64,000 nucleotides of DNA, from NCBI RefSeq assembly GCF_002113885.1, contig NW_018408629.1, forward strand, positions 1,174,094-1,238,093. Reading direction: 5' to 3'. The notes below the pieces were generated by a model. That model was not told the DNA's origin. It made no database searches and saw only the letters and a list, made by a program, of their open reading frames with translations. Below are positions 1 through 13,799 of this stretch, piece after piece (position 1 is the first letter of the stretch; every line of letters begins with the position of its first letter). A program made the translations under genes and the position numbers. This DNA comes from Mizuhopecten yessoensis. Lineage: Eukaryota.

Positions 1-315
1 GTAGCCCTTCACCCTAGCATGCTACTGACCAAATATCATCTCCCTGGGCAGTTTGGTTATTGAGAAGAAGTTGTTTAAAAGTTTTTAACATATTTGACCC
101 CTTTGACCTTGAAAATACATGAAGGTCATTTATTTGAACAAACTTGGTAGCCCTTCATCCCAGTTTGCTTCTGGCCAAATATCATCACCCTAGGCCTTTC
201 GGTTATTAAGAAGAAGTCGTTTAAAGTAAAATATTGACGCCGGACGACGGACGGACGACGGACGCCGCACCACGGCATAAGCTCACTTGGCACTTCGTGC
301 CAGGTGAGCTAATAA
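1..315 (+). mobile_element. 3' end of a non-autonomous Helentron/HINE-like (pearl/DINE-1-type) element
   Basis: Two internal repeat units, a (ggac/gacg)n microsatellite at 240-265, and a terminal hairpin agctcacttggcac-ttc-gtgccaggtgagct followed by aataaa. Confidence 0.75.
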
Positions 316-3300
316 ATGTGTTTTGCACATACTTTTATCATGGTTATTTTAAGTGCTAATCGAATTCCAAGATGGTAAACTTTATATCTGAGATCGTCGT
401 ATTGATCTCTAAATTTCCATAATATTACATTTTTTTTACATGTTTTTTTTGTTTCTGTTTTTTTACTTCAAGCTGACAGAAAGTAACAAAGTTTTCAATC
501 GAGATCAAAAACAAATAAGAACGTTTAATTGATTTTCTGGTTTTGAGATGTTCCCCAGTAACTATATTTCCCGGCTGACGTATCTAAGAAAGCCTAGCAT
601 TTTAGAATGAATTTGCTTTGTAACGATTATTAATCTCCCTTGGTATAAAAAGTTGTTACCCATCAAACCGATTATCATTTGTTCAACATGTGCTCCAGCT
701 AACATTACTATAAATAGAACACTTTCACGATTTTGAACCAACAATGTAAACAGGTCAGTTGAAGAATACGAAATTTGAAGTCATCAAAGATATTATTTAT
801 CTAAAATAACACGCAAATATTAGTAAAATACGACCAATTAAAATATTCAATACCCCCACCTCCACCCCCATATATATCCAACTAGTAATAACACGAAGTG
901 TGAAAATAATACTTAATCCAATAATTATTGGAGTGTTTTCAGTGATATACTATTATTTTTGATAAACAATTTCTAAAAAATGGTAAAAACCAACTTCGCA
1001 GTGTTTTTAAGTCTTCATGTTAGTGCATTTTATATATTTATATCGGTTGCCGACCAGGGTGCGTGGTGTATTGAATCACAAGACGCACAGTGGAAGAATG
1101 ATAACCGGTTTGACAAGTAAAGCGTTCATTCCCATGAAGACCCATATTCGATACCAGGCAAGCACAAACTAAAATCGTCGCTTCCTCAGAATTGATAGCC
1201 GGAAGAGATAGTCACTTGATAACATCTCAAACCAAGAAAACAAATTCATTTTTTTATCTTGATTGAAAGCCTATTAACTTGCAATGTCAGCTTTAACAAA
1301 GATAAACTTATCCTGAATGTGGTCGATTTTAATTCCAATGTGGTTAAATTGTCCTCTAGACTTATACCCAATAGCAATATTTTTACCTTATTTTATGCTA
1401 AACACAATATTATACATCTGGGCCAATAAAGTAATTGAGATAGCCTTCATGATCTCAGATGAGCGAATCAGTGTCGTTAGGCACATTGTTTTAAAGATCT
1501 TACATATTTCAAACAAAGTAAAATCACGGAGACATTGTTGTTCAACGGAGATTAAAGACTTGCAATAGAGCTCTGGAATTTCGATTAAAGACTTATTTGC
1601 AATAGAGCTCTTTAATGTCGAATAAATAACATTACCACAAATGGAAGAGACATACCCACGTGTGACTGTGGTCCGTCAGGATGAGCACATGAACCATAGT
1701 GTAGAGAAGGAAGAGGAAACAAGGATATAGACCAAGCAGTAAAATGCGTCTCTGGTAGGGCCCAAACGCCCCGAGGTCTGTGATGATATCGTCAAACTGC
1801 ATTCTGAAAGTGAATATAATTATTATGTTCTTTAATATTGAAATGATGTTTAGATTATGCCTATTTTCAGATTGAAGTGCAGCTTTTCACGTTTAAATGG
1901 TAAGCACCGAATTCGCTACAAATTCAGACATTATCATGTGTCAATAGCACGTTTTTGAGAATATTTACATTTTCATAAAAAATAAGTATACAATTAAGGA
2001 AGATAACAAACAGCGGAAATTACGGAACACTATTGCATACATTGGAACTAGCCAGGCAATTTTGTTAAGTTTTTTATCCACATGAATTTCGAATTGGAAA
2101 GTAATCTTGCTGATAAAACTTGACACCTGAACATGGAAAATTATGTTTGTTCTAATTTCAGACAAATCAGCAACGTTATAGCGTTGATTGCATGTCCGTC
2201 TAAAAAATATTAAGATTCCTTCTTCAACGATAATCAACACATTGCATTTTCTAGTCTCGGTTAATTTTACATTTGAGCAACAAAAGCGGTAAGGGTAAAA
2301 TTTCCTTTACATTTATTACATATTCTTCATGTCTGTCTTTGATGATGATCAGCATACAGTCATGTAAACATTTCAAGTAATAAGACTATCAGAAATTGCG
2401 TTCTCAGAAATGAACATGTTATGGAATTTAATGTTCATCTTTTGTAGAGCTCTATGAGTTCTTAAAACAAAACAAAATTGGGTGTCTCCATTTTTTAACA
2501 TTTGAATCATTTTTGTGTTATATTTACATCAATAAATATATCATTTTAGTACATAAGTTTAGTATAATTATGTATTGGAAAATCACATTAAAAAATTATG
2601 ATCGGACAAATAAATAATTCAGTTAGTCAAAGTCAAATATTAATGTTTGTATAGTTTAGTGTTTTGAAAGAGAGCCCCACTTCCCCCTTCTCCTTATAAT
2701 CAGTTTTTTTCATAAAAATAATATTGTTACATGGTGTGACATCGTCACATACGTGTTATACAGGTTGCGATTATAATCTGAAAGCCAAGAGACCGCCAAA
2801 TTAGTTTCGCATATACAACACTGTCTTGGATATACAAGGAATCCACGTAATTTTTCCATGAATCTTCTAGGTTTACCTTGATATCTTTATTATACCGTAT
2901 ACCTTCTGTGCAATTAATTGCAACTTGGATCTCAATTTTTTTTTTCAAACCAAGCATAGTCGGTCACACTTTGTGTTACTGGTAGTTAGTTTTAGCAAAA
3001 TGATCTTTTGAAAAATACTTACTTATTTCTGTGTTTTCTTTGTATAGATAGACATAATGGAAACAATTGAATTAGTCGACAATTGAGTAAAATCCAAGGA
3101 TAGTCAATATATCTTATACAATGGGCATACAGATGATTGACTTTTCCATTCTAGGAAGCATGTTCTTTTTAGAAGTCGGTTGATTTTTTTAAATGTGTTT
3201 GACCCTTTTGACTTGAACGTCAGTCAAGGAAATTAATTTTAAACTTGAAAGCAGGATCAGCACGCTTAAGTCAACCAAGACTTCATTACTCTTTAGAAAT

Positions 3301-4561
3301 TATCTCTACTCTAGCATGATCAAAAGTAATTTCATAAGATGTATCATTATCCTTATTTAGTGACTGAGTTTTCGTTCACATGTCACATATTTGCTTCTAC
3401 TAAAAATTTGATAGTCTGTGGAATATAAGTATCTGCAGGCAGCCCGACTGTTGTCCGTCAGGTTTGGGTTCAGGATCCCGAAATGAAAACTCGTTCAATC
3501 TATGTTCTATTAATAGAAAACTTCACCTGGAATACATGACCCTTGAACGTAAACTCATATGAGGTGCATCTAAAACTTACACAATGTTTGATAGCGACGG
3601 ACAGCGGAAATAATTCTTTTTTATGACGAAGAATCAAAACTCAAACTTATTAAGATAATAACAGACTCCCTAACTGGTGACGACTGGTTTTCATGTTTAC
3701 GCATCTCCAGTTAGTTTTCAACGTATAAATAATGTGTAATTAAATGAATGCCAACGAGTATCAAAAAACTTTTGCTATTCAGACTCCGAATAAGTTACAA
3801 TTGCTGAAAATTAGAACATAACTGTTCTATGATTGTTTTGCGCAATATATAATGCTGAAGAGTTGCTGATTCAGCAGAAAACCATGATGCCAGAAAGAAA
3901 TGTTAAGTGGTTCGAGCGATACAAACATTGACTTTTTAATCACTTGTTTTTATCTTTGTTATAAACTCATGTGTGCTTAGTTATTTTCAAATTTGAGTTA
4001 CTACAAAACTATATCAGCTGCAAATACTGAAAACAATAAAATAAAGATATGTATCTCACGTTTACACAATGCTGGTTTCTTGTCCCCCGTCAAAGCTGCT
4101 AGATAGATGTTGCAATAAGTAACATTATGCAAATGCAATGTCCACTTGTACACATTGAGAGTATTTCTAGTGTGACGTCAGTAAAATGATAAGTCAGACC
4201 TAGGACATCGTATTTGCTGTTTTGATTGATCAGTTGTACCTGCGCGTTACGTGTTCCGGTATATTTTAATATGAAAACATCTTTTAAAATGATAAACGTC
4301 ACTTCTTCATTCGTTGAGAGATTTCATTTTCTTCATCGCGACAGCTGAGTCATGTAAAGGCGGTGTCCATAAATATAGTTAGGCAACGCTATGTTGACGT
4401 TCAAAGACAGTGATACTACACCCAATTCAGACACTTAATTCTGACAATCGGCTAACCATAATTGCACAAGTCAAAATATTGCAAGAAGGGCAGCAAATCA
4501 TTTTTGGTTTACTTCACGTTCACATGATGACAGCAAATGACAAATGAATGCATGAATTCAC

Positions 4562-7229
4562 AACTAATTAATGGTGTCGTTATTTAAAGGAACAGGCGAA
4601 TCATGAAAACTAATTAATGGTGTCGTTATTTAACAGACAGGCGAATCATGAAAACTAATTAATGGTGTCGTTATTTAACGGAACACGCGAATCATGAAAA
4701 CTAGTTAATGGTGTTGTTATTTAACGGAACAGGCGAATCATAAAAACTGGTTTATGGTGTCGTTATTTAACGAAACAGGTGAATCATGAAAACTAATTAA
4801 TGGTGTCGTGATTTAACGGAACAGGCGAATCATAAAAACTAGTTTATGGTGTCGTTATTTAACGAAACAGGTGAATCATGAAAACTAATTAATGGTGTCG
4901 TTATTTAACGGAACACGCGAATCATGAAAACTAGTTAATGGTGTTGTTATTTAACGGAACAGGCGAATCATAAAATCTAGTTTATGGTGTCGTTATTTAA
5001 CGAAACAGGTGAATCATGAAAACTAATTAATGGTGTCGTGATTTAACGGAACAGGCGAATCATAAAAACTAGTTAATGGTGTCGTTATTTAACAGAACAG
5101 GCGAATCATAAAAACTAGTTAATGGTGTCGTTATTTAACAGAACAGGCGAATCATAAAAACTAGTTAATGGTGTCGTTATTTAACGAAACAGGCGAATCA
5201 TGAAAACTAATTAATGGGGTCGTTATTTAACGGAACAGGCGAATCATGAAAACTAGTTAATGGTGTCGTTATTTAACGAAACAGGTGAATCATGAAAACT
5301 AATTAATGGTGTCGTGATTTAACGGAACAGGCGAATCATAAAAACTAGTTAATGGTGTCGTTATTTAACGAAACAGGCGAATCATGAAAACTAGTTAATG
5401 GTGTCTTTATTTAACGGAACAGGCGAATCATAAAAACTAGTTAATGGTGTCGTTATTTAACAGAACAGGCGAATCATAAAAACTAGTTAATGGTGTCGTT
5501 ATTTAACAGAACAGGCGAATCATAAAAACTAGTTAATGGTGTCGTTATTTAACAGAACAGGCGAATCATAAAAACTAGTTAATGGTGTCGTTATTTGACG
5601 AAACAGGCGAATCATGAAAACTAATTAATGGGGTCGTTATTTAACGGAACAGGCGAATCATAAAACCTAGTTAATGGTGTTGTTATTTAACGAAACAGGC
5701 GAATCATGAAAACTAATTAATGGTGTTGTTATTTAACGGAACAGGCGAATCATAAAAGCTAGTTTATGGTGTCGTTATTTAACGAAACAGGTGAACCATG
5801 AAAACTAATTAATGGTGTCGTTATTTAACAGACAGGCGAATCATGAAAACTAATTAATGGTGGCGTTATTTAACGGAACAGGCAAATCATGTAAACTAAT
5901 TAATGGCGTCGTTATTTAACGGAACAGGCGAATCATAAAAACTAGTTAATGGTGTCGTTATTTAACAGAACAGGCGAATCATAAAAACTAGTTAATGGTG
6001 TCGTTATTTAACAGAACAGGCGAATCATAAAAACTAGTTAATGGTGTCGTTATTTGACGAAACAGGCGAATCATGAAAACTAATTAATGGTTTCGTTATT
6101 TAACGGAACAGGCGAATCATGAAAACTAATTAATGGTGTAGTTATTTAACGGAACAGGCGAATCATGAAAACTAATTAATGGTGTTGTTATTTAACGGAA
6201 CAGGCGAATCATAAAAGCTAGTTTATGGTGTCGTTATTTAACGAAACAGGTGAATCATGAATACTAATTAATGGTGTCGTTATTTAACGGAACAGGCAAA
6301 TCATGTAAACTAATTAATGGCGTCGTTATTTAACGGAACAGGCGAATCATAAAAACTGGTTTATGGTGTCGTTATTTAACGAAACAGGTGAATCATGAAA
6401 ACTAATTAATGGTGTCGTGATTTAACGGAACAGGCGAATCATAAAAACTAGTTAATGGTGTCGTTATTTAACAGAACAGGCGAATCATAAAAACTAGTTA
6501 ATGGTGTCGTTATTTAACAGAACAGGCGAATCATAAAAACTAGTTAATGGTGTTGTTATTTAACGAAACAGGCGAATCATGAAAACTAATTAATGGTGTC
6601 GTTATTTAACGAAACAGGCGAATCATGAAAACTAGTTAATGGTGTCGTTATTTAACGAAACAGGTGAATCATGAAAACTAATTAATGGTGTCGTGATTTA
6701 ACGGAACAGGCGAATCATAAAAACTAGTTAATGGTGTCGTTATTTAACAGAACAGGCGAATCATAAAAACTAGTTAATGGTGTCGTTATTTAACAGAACA
6801 GGCGAATCATAAAAACTAGTTAATGGTGTCGTTATTTAACGGAACAGGCAAATCATGTAAACTTATTAATGGTGTCGTTATTTAACGGAACAGGCGAATC
6901 ATGTAAACTAATTAATGGTGTCGTTATTTAACGAAACAGGCGAATCATGAAAACTAGTTAATGGTGTCGTTATTTAACGAAACAGGTGAATCATGAAAAC
7001 TAATTAATGGTGTCGTTATTTAACGAAACAGGCGAATCATGAAAACTAATTAATGGTTTCGTTATTTAACGGAACAGGCGAATCATGAAAACTAGTTAAT
7101 GGTGTTGTTATTTAACGGAACAGGCGAATCATAAAAACTAGTTTATGGTGTCGTTATTTAACGAAACAGGTGAATCATGAAAACTAATTAATGGTGTCGT
7201 TATTTAACGGAACAGGCGAATCATGAAAA
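4562..7229. repeat. 46-bp tandem satellite, about 58 copies
   Basis: Consensus aaaactaattaatggtgtcgttatttaacggaacaggcgaatcatg, head-to-tail with no spacers. Confidence 0.98.
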
Positions 7230-8385
7230 TGGTTATGTTAACCAAGGATTGTTGACAATTTTGGACGCATTTGATACGCATATGTTACTAGCATCCGATC
7301 TTGCTTTTGTTTTGTTAGAACAGGCAAAAACCAAAACGAAATATGTAGCTGTGAATATGAGGCTTAGAACGTTAAAAATCACACTACTACAGTTATAACA
7401 CAAATGTAATGATTGTGTCACTTTAAAGTTCCGTTTAAAAGTTCCGTTTAAAAGAAAAGATAGAGGTCCTGCTTGTGGTACGTCAGTACAAAGAATATAT
7501 TTAGGTTAAACTGAATGATCAATTTAGTACAGGTAATTTATAAGTTTATATTATCGTTTTAATATATCTTAAATACTTTCTTCTTCCGATAGCATATATT
7601 TACTGATTTGATTTCAAGCGTTGAAAGAATCATCTGCTTCAAATATGCCATAATACATAATAGTATCTTTCTCGCCTCTTTTTTCAAATGCATTAAATAT
7701 TTTCGTTTGTTTGGCTTTCTGCATCTACATTTCTTTGAACTTGTCATTACTTACATCATATTCTCCCTGATTAAGTATGTTTCGTCTTCTTCCTTACAAC
7801 TCCCTTTATTTGGCTCTAACGATAATACATACAATGCACTGACATAATAGCTAGCTTACAAGCCTGGTAAATTCCGTATTAGAAATGTACACTGAATTAT
7901 TTAATGGAGCAGTGTTTTAAGTGAAAGTTTCATCACAGTTGATACTGTAAATTTTGGGAAAGGTAAAACTCTGATACACATTTCCTAACTGCTGAATCCC
8001 ACAGGGAACAATGCAGATAATATTGAAAAGAACACAACTCACACAATTTTTCATACAACACAATCTTCACAGCATGATCTGTTCAGTTTGATATTTACTT
8101 AATAGGAGGGTATTATCTTAGGATCTTAATCCAAAATATTTTCAAAAATGTTCAAATTAATAAACAAATATACATGTATCAGCATTCAAAATATTTTACT
8201 GACAACAATGCAAAAATATTTTGTAAATTTTAAGATACCTAGTATTTTTGAAATCTCTTTTTTCGCTAGTGAACTAGTAAACCTATCAGGATTTAAATAA
8301 CTTGACCAACCGCATGATAAAAGCAGGGACTCTTGTTTTATCAATAATTATTCGTACAAGGTAGTTTTGTGTCTCCAATAAATTA

Positions 8386-11300
8386 AACAAGAGGCACAAG
8401 GGCCTTAGCGGTCACCTGAGTTATATCATAGGTACTGGTAGTTTTATTTTATTGTTTAGATGTGATGTGGAAATCAGCATGTTAACTAAGTGAAATACAA
8501 TACTTGTCATGTCATCAAAGGATAAGAATTCGAAAATATTGGTAAATGTTCCCTTTGGGGCCCCGCCCTAGCCCCTGGGGTTGGGGCAGGAATCCCAATT
8601 TTACAAAGTAATACTCTCATTCACCAAAGATGATTCTGACTAAGTTTGAGTAATTTTCTGCTGAAAATGGATAAAATATATACCGAAAAGTGTTATTTCC
8701 CTATATAAACTATAGTAAACTTTACCCCCTCCCCAAGGGAGAACGGATAGCTCGGGGGTTCTGAAATTTACGATTTAAATTAAGCCCCTGATGATTTTCT
8801 TTCCATGCAGAGAAAATGAATGTAGTACCTCTGAGTCTGGAGGAGAAAAATTTGGAAATATTGGTTAATTTTCCCTTTGGGGCCCCGCCCTGGCCCCAGG
8901 GGTTGGGGTAGGAATCTCAATTTTACAATTTGAAACCATCTTCCTTCAAGGATAATTCTCACTAAGTAAAAATAATTTCCTACAGAAAGTTGTCAAAATA
9001 TACCCAAAAGTGTTATTTCCCTATATAAACTATAGTAAACTTTACCCCCTCCCCAAGGGAGAACGAATAAGTGGGGGGTAGTGAAATTTACAATTTAAGT
9101 AAAGCCCCTGATGATCTTTCTTTCGATGCAGAGAAAACACCTGGATACCTAAGCAATCATGGCAAACTATTCTCCAAATGAGATCAAGGGAATATGCCAG
9201 ACCCCAAGGCCAATCCTTGTAGCAAAGCTATATTAGATTTTTCATGCCCAGCAATTTTGTGTATGGTTATGGGGTGGGGATCTCAACTGTTTCCAAACTT
9301 TGACTCAGAAACAAGGTCCCTAGAGTTGTGGGCAGACCCCAGGATCGATTCTAATATCATGACTGCATTTGTCTCTTTTTGCCAAGCATTTGTATATATA
9401 GTTTTGGGGTGGGGATCTCAACAGTTTCAAAGTTATGACCCAGGGGCCAGGTCTGCAAGGGTGGGGCAGACCCCGGGATCAATTCTAATATCATGACTGC
9501 ATTTGTCTCTTTATACCCAACAATTGTATATATAGTTTTGGGGTGGGGATATTAACCATTTCAAAGTTATGACCCAGGGGTTAAGTCTCCAAGGGTGGGG
9601 CAGTCCCCAAGGCCAACCTGGAAGCATATGTGCAATCATCTCTTTATACTCAGCAATTGTATATATACGGTTATAGGGTGGGGCTCTCAACTGTTTCCAA
9701 GCTGTGACTAAGAAACTAGGTCCCTAGGGGTTCGGTCAGACCCCAGGGTCTATTCTGATATCATGATTGCATTCGTCTCTTTATGCCCAGCATTTGTATA
9801 TATAGTTTTGGGGTGGGGATCTCAACCGTTTTAAAGTTATGGCCCAGGGACTATGTCTCCAAGGGTGGGGCCAGACCCTAGGGACATCCTGGAAGCAAAT
9901 GTGCATTCTTCTCTTTATACTCAGCAATTGTATATATGGTTATATGGTGGGGATCTCAACCATTTCCAAGTAATACATTTTATTGGCCCCACCCCTTAGC
10001 CCGGGGGGTCAGCCCCACCATTTGTACAATTTTGAATCCCTGCCTCCCATGAATACTTCCGACCAAATATGATCAATATCCATGGCATAGTTCTGCAGAA
10101 GAAGTCATTTATAGCAATATAACCAAATTGCCCCCTTTTGGCCCCGCCCCTCAGCCCCCTGGGGGGTCAGCCCAACCGTTTGTACAATTTTGAATCTCCA
10201 CCACCTAGAGATGCTTCCAGTCAAATAAGGTTGATATCCATCACTTAGTTCCAGAGAAGAAGTCACTTAAAGCAGTATAGCCAAATACCCTTTTTGGCCC
10301 TGCCCCTCAGCCCCCTGGGGGGTCAGCCACACCATTTGTACAATTTTAAATCCCTGCCTCCCAGGAATGCTTTTGATCAAATATGATTGATATCCAGTGC
10401 ACAGTTCTACAGAAGAAGTCGTTTGTAGCAATATAGCCAAATTGCCCCCTTTTGGCCCCGCCCCTCAGCCCCCTGGGGAGTCAGCCCCACCATTTGTACA
10501 ATTTTATATCACCACCATATAGGGATGCTTCCAGTCAAATATGGTTGATATCCACTTCTTAGTTCCAGAGAAGAAGTCGCTTAAAGCAATATGAGCAAAT
10601 TGACCCCTTTTGGCCCCGCCCCTCAGCCCCCTGGGGGGTCAGCCCCATTATTTGTACAGTTTTGAATCCCCACCACCTAGGGATGCTTCCAGTCAAATTT
10701 AGTTTAATTCCAACCAGTGGTTAAGAAGAAGAAGTCGTTTAAAAAAATTGTTGACGTACGGACGGACAGACGGACGACGGACGGACGACGGACGCCACGG
10801 TATGGCATAAGTGGCTAATAAGTGAAGTACCTCTGAGTCTGAAGAAGAAGATTTTTGAAATATTGGTTAATTTTCCCTTTGGGGCCCCGCCCTGGCCCCA
10901 GGGGTTGGGATAGGAATCTCAATTTTACAATTTGAAACCATCTTTCACCAAGGATAATTCTCACCAAGTAAAAATAATTTCCTACAGATAGTTGTCAAAA
11001 TATACCCAAAAGTGTTATTTCCCTACATAAACTATAGTAAACTTAACCCCCTCTCCAAGGGAGAACGAATAGCTCAGGGGTCCTGAAATTTACAATTTAA
11101 GTAAAGCCCCTGATGATCTTTCATTCTATGCAGAGGAAATGAGTGTAGTACCTCTGAGTCTGAAGAAGAAGATTTTTGAAATATTGGTTAATTTTCCCTT
11201 TGGGGCCCCGCAGTGGCCCCAGGGGTTGGGGTAGGAATCCCAATTTTACAATTTTGTAGCCTCATCTACCAAGGATGATTCTGACTAAGTTTGAAAAAAA

Positions 11301-11419
11301 TCCATCCACTGGTTCTTGAGAAGTTGAAAATGTAAAAAGTTTACGCACAACGGACAACGGCCGACGGACGGAAAGCGATTAGAATACGTCACTTGAGCAA
11401 AGCTCAGGTGACCTAAAAA
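8386..11419 (+). mobile_element. Composite Helentron/HINE-like non-autonomous element with internal tandem arrays
   Basis: 5' aacaagagg...ggtcacctgag (8410) is inverted to the 3' ctcaggtgacc (11403). 3' hairpin gtcacttgagc-aaa-gctcaggtgac and cggac microsatellite. Internal ~322-bp units at 8549, 8872, 10874 and 11194. Confidence 0.8.
9138..10820 (+). mobile_element. Second HINE-like element nested in the first, carrying ~135-bp (x6) and ~156-bp (x5) arrays
   Basis: Interrupts the outer unit at gagaaaa|...|agtgaagtacctctgag. Ends with ggacggac...ggcataag..gctaataa, like the element at 1-315. Confidence 0.7.
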
Positions 11420-11480
11420 CTACCGTCCATGACGAATAATTCACCCGGTTTTCTGACTGAAACTCTTCTTGAAAGAAATT

Positions 11481-11875
11481 GAGAATAACTGATGTAGATC
11501 ACAGGAAGGTAACAATGCATGTATTCCCTTGAGAATAACTGATGTAGACCACAGGAAGGTAACAATACATGTATTCCCTAGAGAATAACTGATGTAGACC
11601 ACAGGAAGGTAACAATCCATGTATTCCCTAGAGAATAACTGATGTAGATCACAGGAAGGTAACAATGCATTTATTCCCTTGAGAATAACTGATGTAGACC
11701 ACAGGAAGGTAACAATCCATGTATTCCCTTGAGAATAACTGATATAACCCACAGGAAGGGAACAATACATGTATTCCCTAGAGAATAACTGATATAACCC
11801 ACAGGAAGGTAACAATACATGTACTCCCTAGAGAATAACTGATGTAGACCACAGGAAGGTAACAATACATGTATA
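11481..11875. repeat. 50-bp tandem repeat, 8 copies
   Basis: gagaataactgatgtagaccacaggaaggtaacaatacatgtattcccta at 11481, 11531 ... 11831. Confidence 0.97.
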
Positions 11876-13414
11876 GGTATACCCTTGAAAAATACTTTAA
11901 CATTGACGAAAAATGTGATGCAAGCACAGTTGTATGTATTGCACAAATGGGGGATCACACTTCACCAAATGTAGGTAAAATGTTATTTTTAAATTAATGA
12001 GTTTGTGTACAGAATTTAACAAATTAATTTGTTTATTAAATCTCTTGGACTAGGTTTGAGAATACAAGTGGTATCATAATGAAGTCTATATAAATAATAC
12101 AACCAATTGACTTCAAATAAACGTGAAAATGATCATGTCAGTACGAACACAAAATCACTTACATACATTTTCTATAGAGCTTCAGGGTACATACATATGT
12201 ATGTATTTAACCAATTTGCGTTCATACCCACATCAACTTTCAATCCTTATATTAACATTCCAATTTTTTTTAGTTTTTATTTATCTGAGTAAAGGTATCA
12301 CTTCATTTTCAATAGTAAAGTGTTTGTTTCGTCAGTTGACTTGGTGCAAACGAAATTCCTGGAATAGCCTAAGGTCAATTTTTGTTTCTAATGATTTTCT
12401 CAAGTTATTATAGGCAGGAGAAGGGTCAAAATGATGCTGATCAAACTGCGTTCAAAGCCAAACTTTTCAGGTAATACTTATAGAATATTTACAGGGGAAA
12501 TGTACACATACTGAGCTAAAAATACCTTGGTTGTTGTACACAAGCTTATACACTATAGAGTACATTCACATCAGTTCTTGTAAAAAATAGCATTTAACAC
12601 ATAAGCACAGTTCCAAGGCCTTAAAACTTGTCCTACAGCTTTAAACTTAGATAGGACCTGAATGAGGAAAATATGACTAGGGATACTTCTGTCCAAGATA
12701 GTTGCATGATCTTTCTTTAAAAGTCATGTGATCAACAAATTCCTATCAGATGCACTGTCATGTAGATGAGGTTTAGTTATATATATAGCAAATTCTGTCA
12801 GTGTAAACTAACCTTACCGTGACAGGAGATCTCTTGATTTAGCATCGCAAATCATAAGACATTTTTATAACAAACACAACAGTTTATTCAATATAACTTA
12901 TATCTAGACAGAACTATTTCACATATCAATTCAGGTTTTCATCTGAAAATAATGATATAATTAACAATTTATACAAGCTACAATAAAAACTGTCTGATAT
13001 GAGACAAATATTCTGAGATTGGTTATGTCAATTGAACATTATGTAAAATAGAAATCAGCATATTAAGACCTTGTAATTCCTACATTCCTACAAATTCGAC
13101 AGATATGTTAATTATTTCAAACAGGATGTCAGATGGTGTACTTTGTTGTTTTACTTTTGAATTTTTCTATGTAGGTTATTTACACAACAAAGGCCTTATG
13201 GACATTCATCATTGCCATGCTTATGTAATCTATGCTGTTACTTTTAAACTTTCATCAATATAACATTTTATATTGTTATTTCATATTCAGATCACAGGAA
13301 ATAGTGTCACATGATCTTTGAACTCAGAAATTAAGTCTGTGTAAGGGGAAAAAGGGATAATGCTATTGTTTGTTTTGTGGTTCGGGTCAGGCAGGTCCTG
13401 GCTAGTGGATACTG

Positions 13415-13765
13415 CTGTGGCAAGCACCATGAACAAAACTTTGTCGTCACCATGGTAATGACCAGAACTGAAGCATTTCTGTCATGATGGCAATCGCAAG
13501 AATTGAAGCACTGCTGTCACTATGGCAATCACCAGAATTGAAGCATTTTTGTCCCAATGGCAATCTTCAGATTTGAAGCACTGTTGTCAATAATTATAAG
13601 GCAATCATCGGAAGTGAAAACCTAATGTCATCAGTGGCAACAACAGGAACTGAAAGTTTGCTGACACCATGGCAATCAGTAGACTTGAAGGCTTTCCATT
13701 ACCACGCTATTAACAGAAATTGAAGCTTTGATGTTGACATGAGGATTGAAGCCCATGCTGTCATT
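13415..13765 (-). repeat. Degenerate ~38-bp tandem repeat in the RAD1 3' UTR
   Basis: Recurring catggcaatcaccagaattgaagc...tgtca units (+ strand), about 9 copies, beginning at the stop codon. Confidence 0.75.
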
Positions 13766-13799
13766 GGTCAGGATCATCTACATCTTCATCAGGAGCACA
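13761..13799 (-). CDS. RAD1: RAD1 terminal coding exon 8
   Basis: tttgtag|CAPDEDVDDPDQ-TGA; matches the C.PDE C-terminus of RAD1. Confidence 0.9.
   Translation of the reverse strand, partial: CAPDEDVDDPDQ

Noticed and set aside
4562-7229. CRISPR array
   Set aside because: Units are contiguous with no unique spacers, there are no cas genes, and the context is eukaryotic.
1300-8000. Short ORFs at 2745-2957, 4099-4302 and 7559-7847 as remnants of a fourth gene
   Set aside because: No recognisable motifs and no consistent splice-phase chain.
11424-11467. Possible minus-strand micro-exon (EFQSENRVNYSSWT) between the HINE and the 50-bp array
   Set aside because: Weak AAG acceptor and gtagtt donor, and no partner exons could be identified.
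11441-11958. Repetitive 124-aa and 95-aa ORFs
   Set aside because: Artefacts of the 50-bp tandem repeat.
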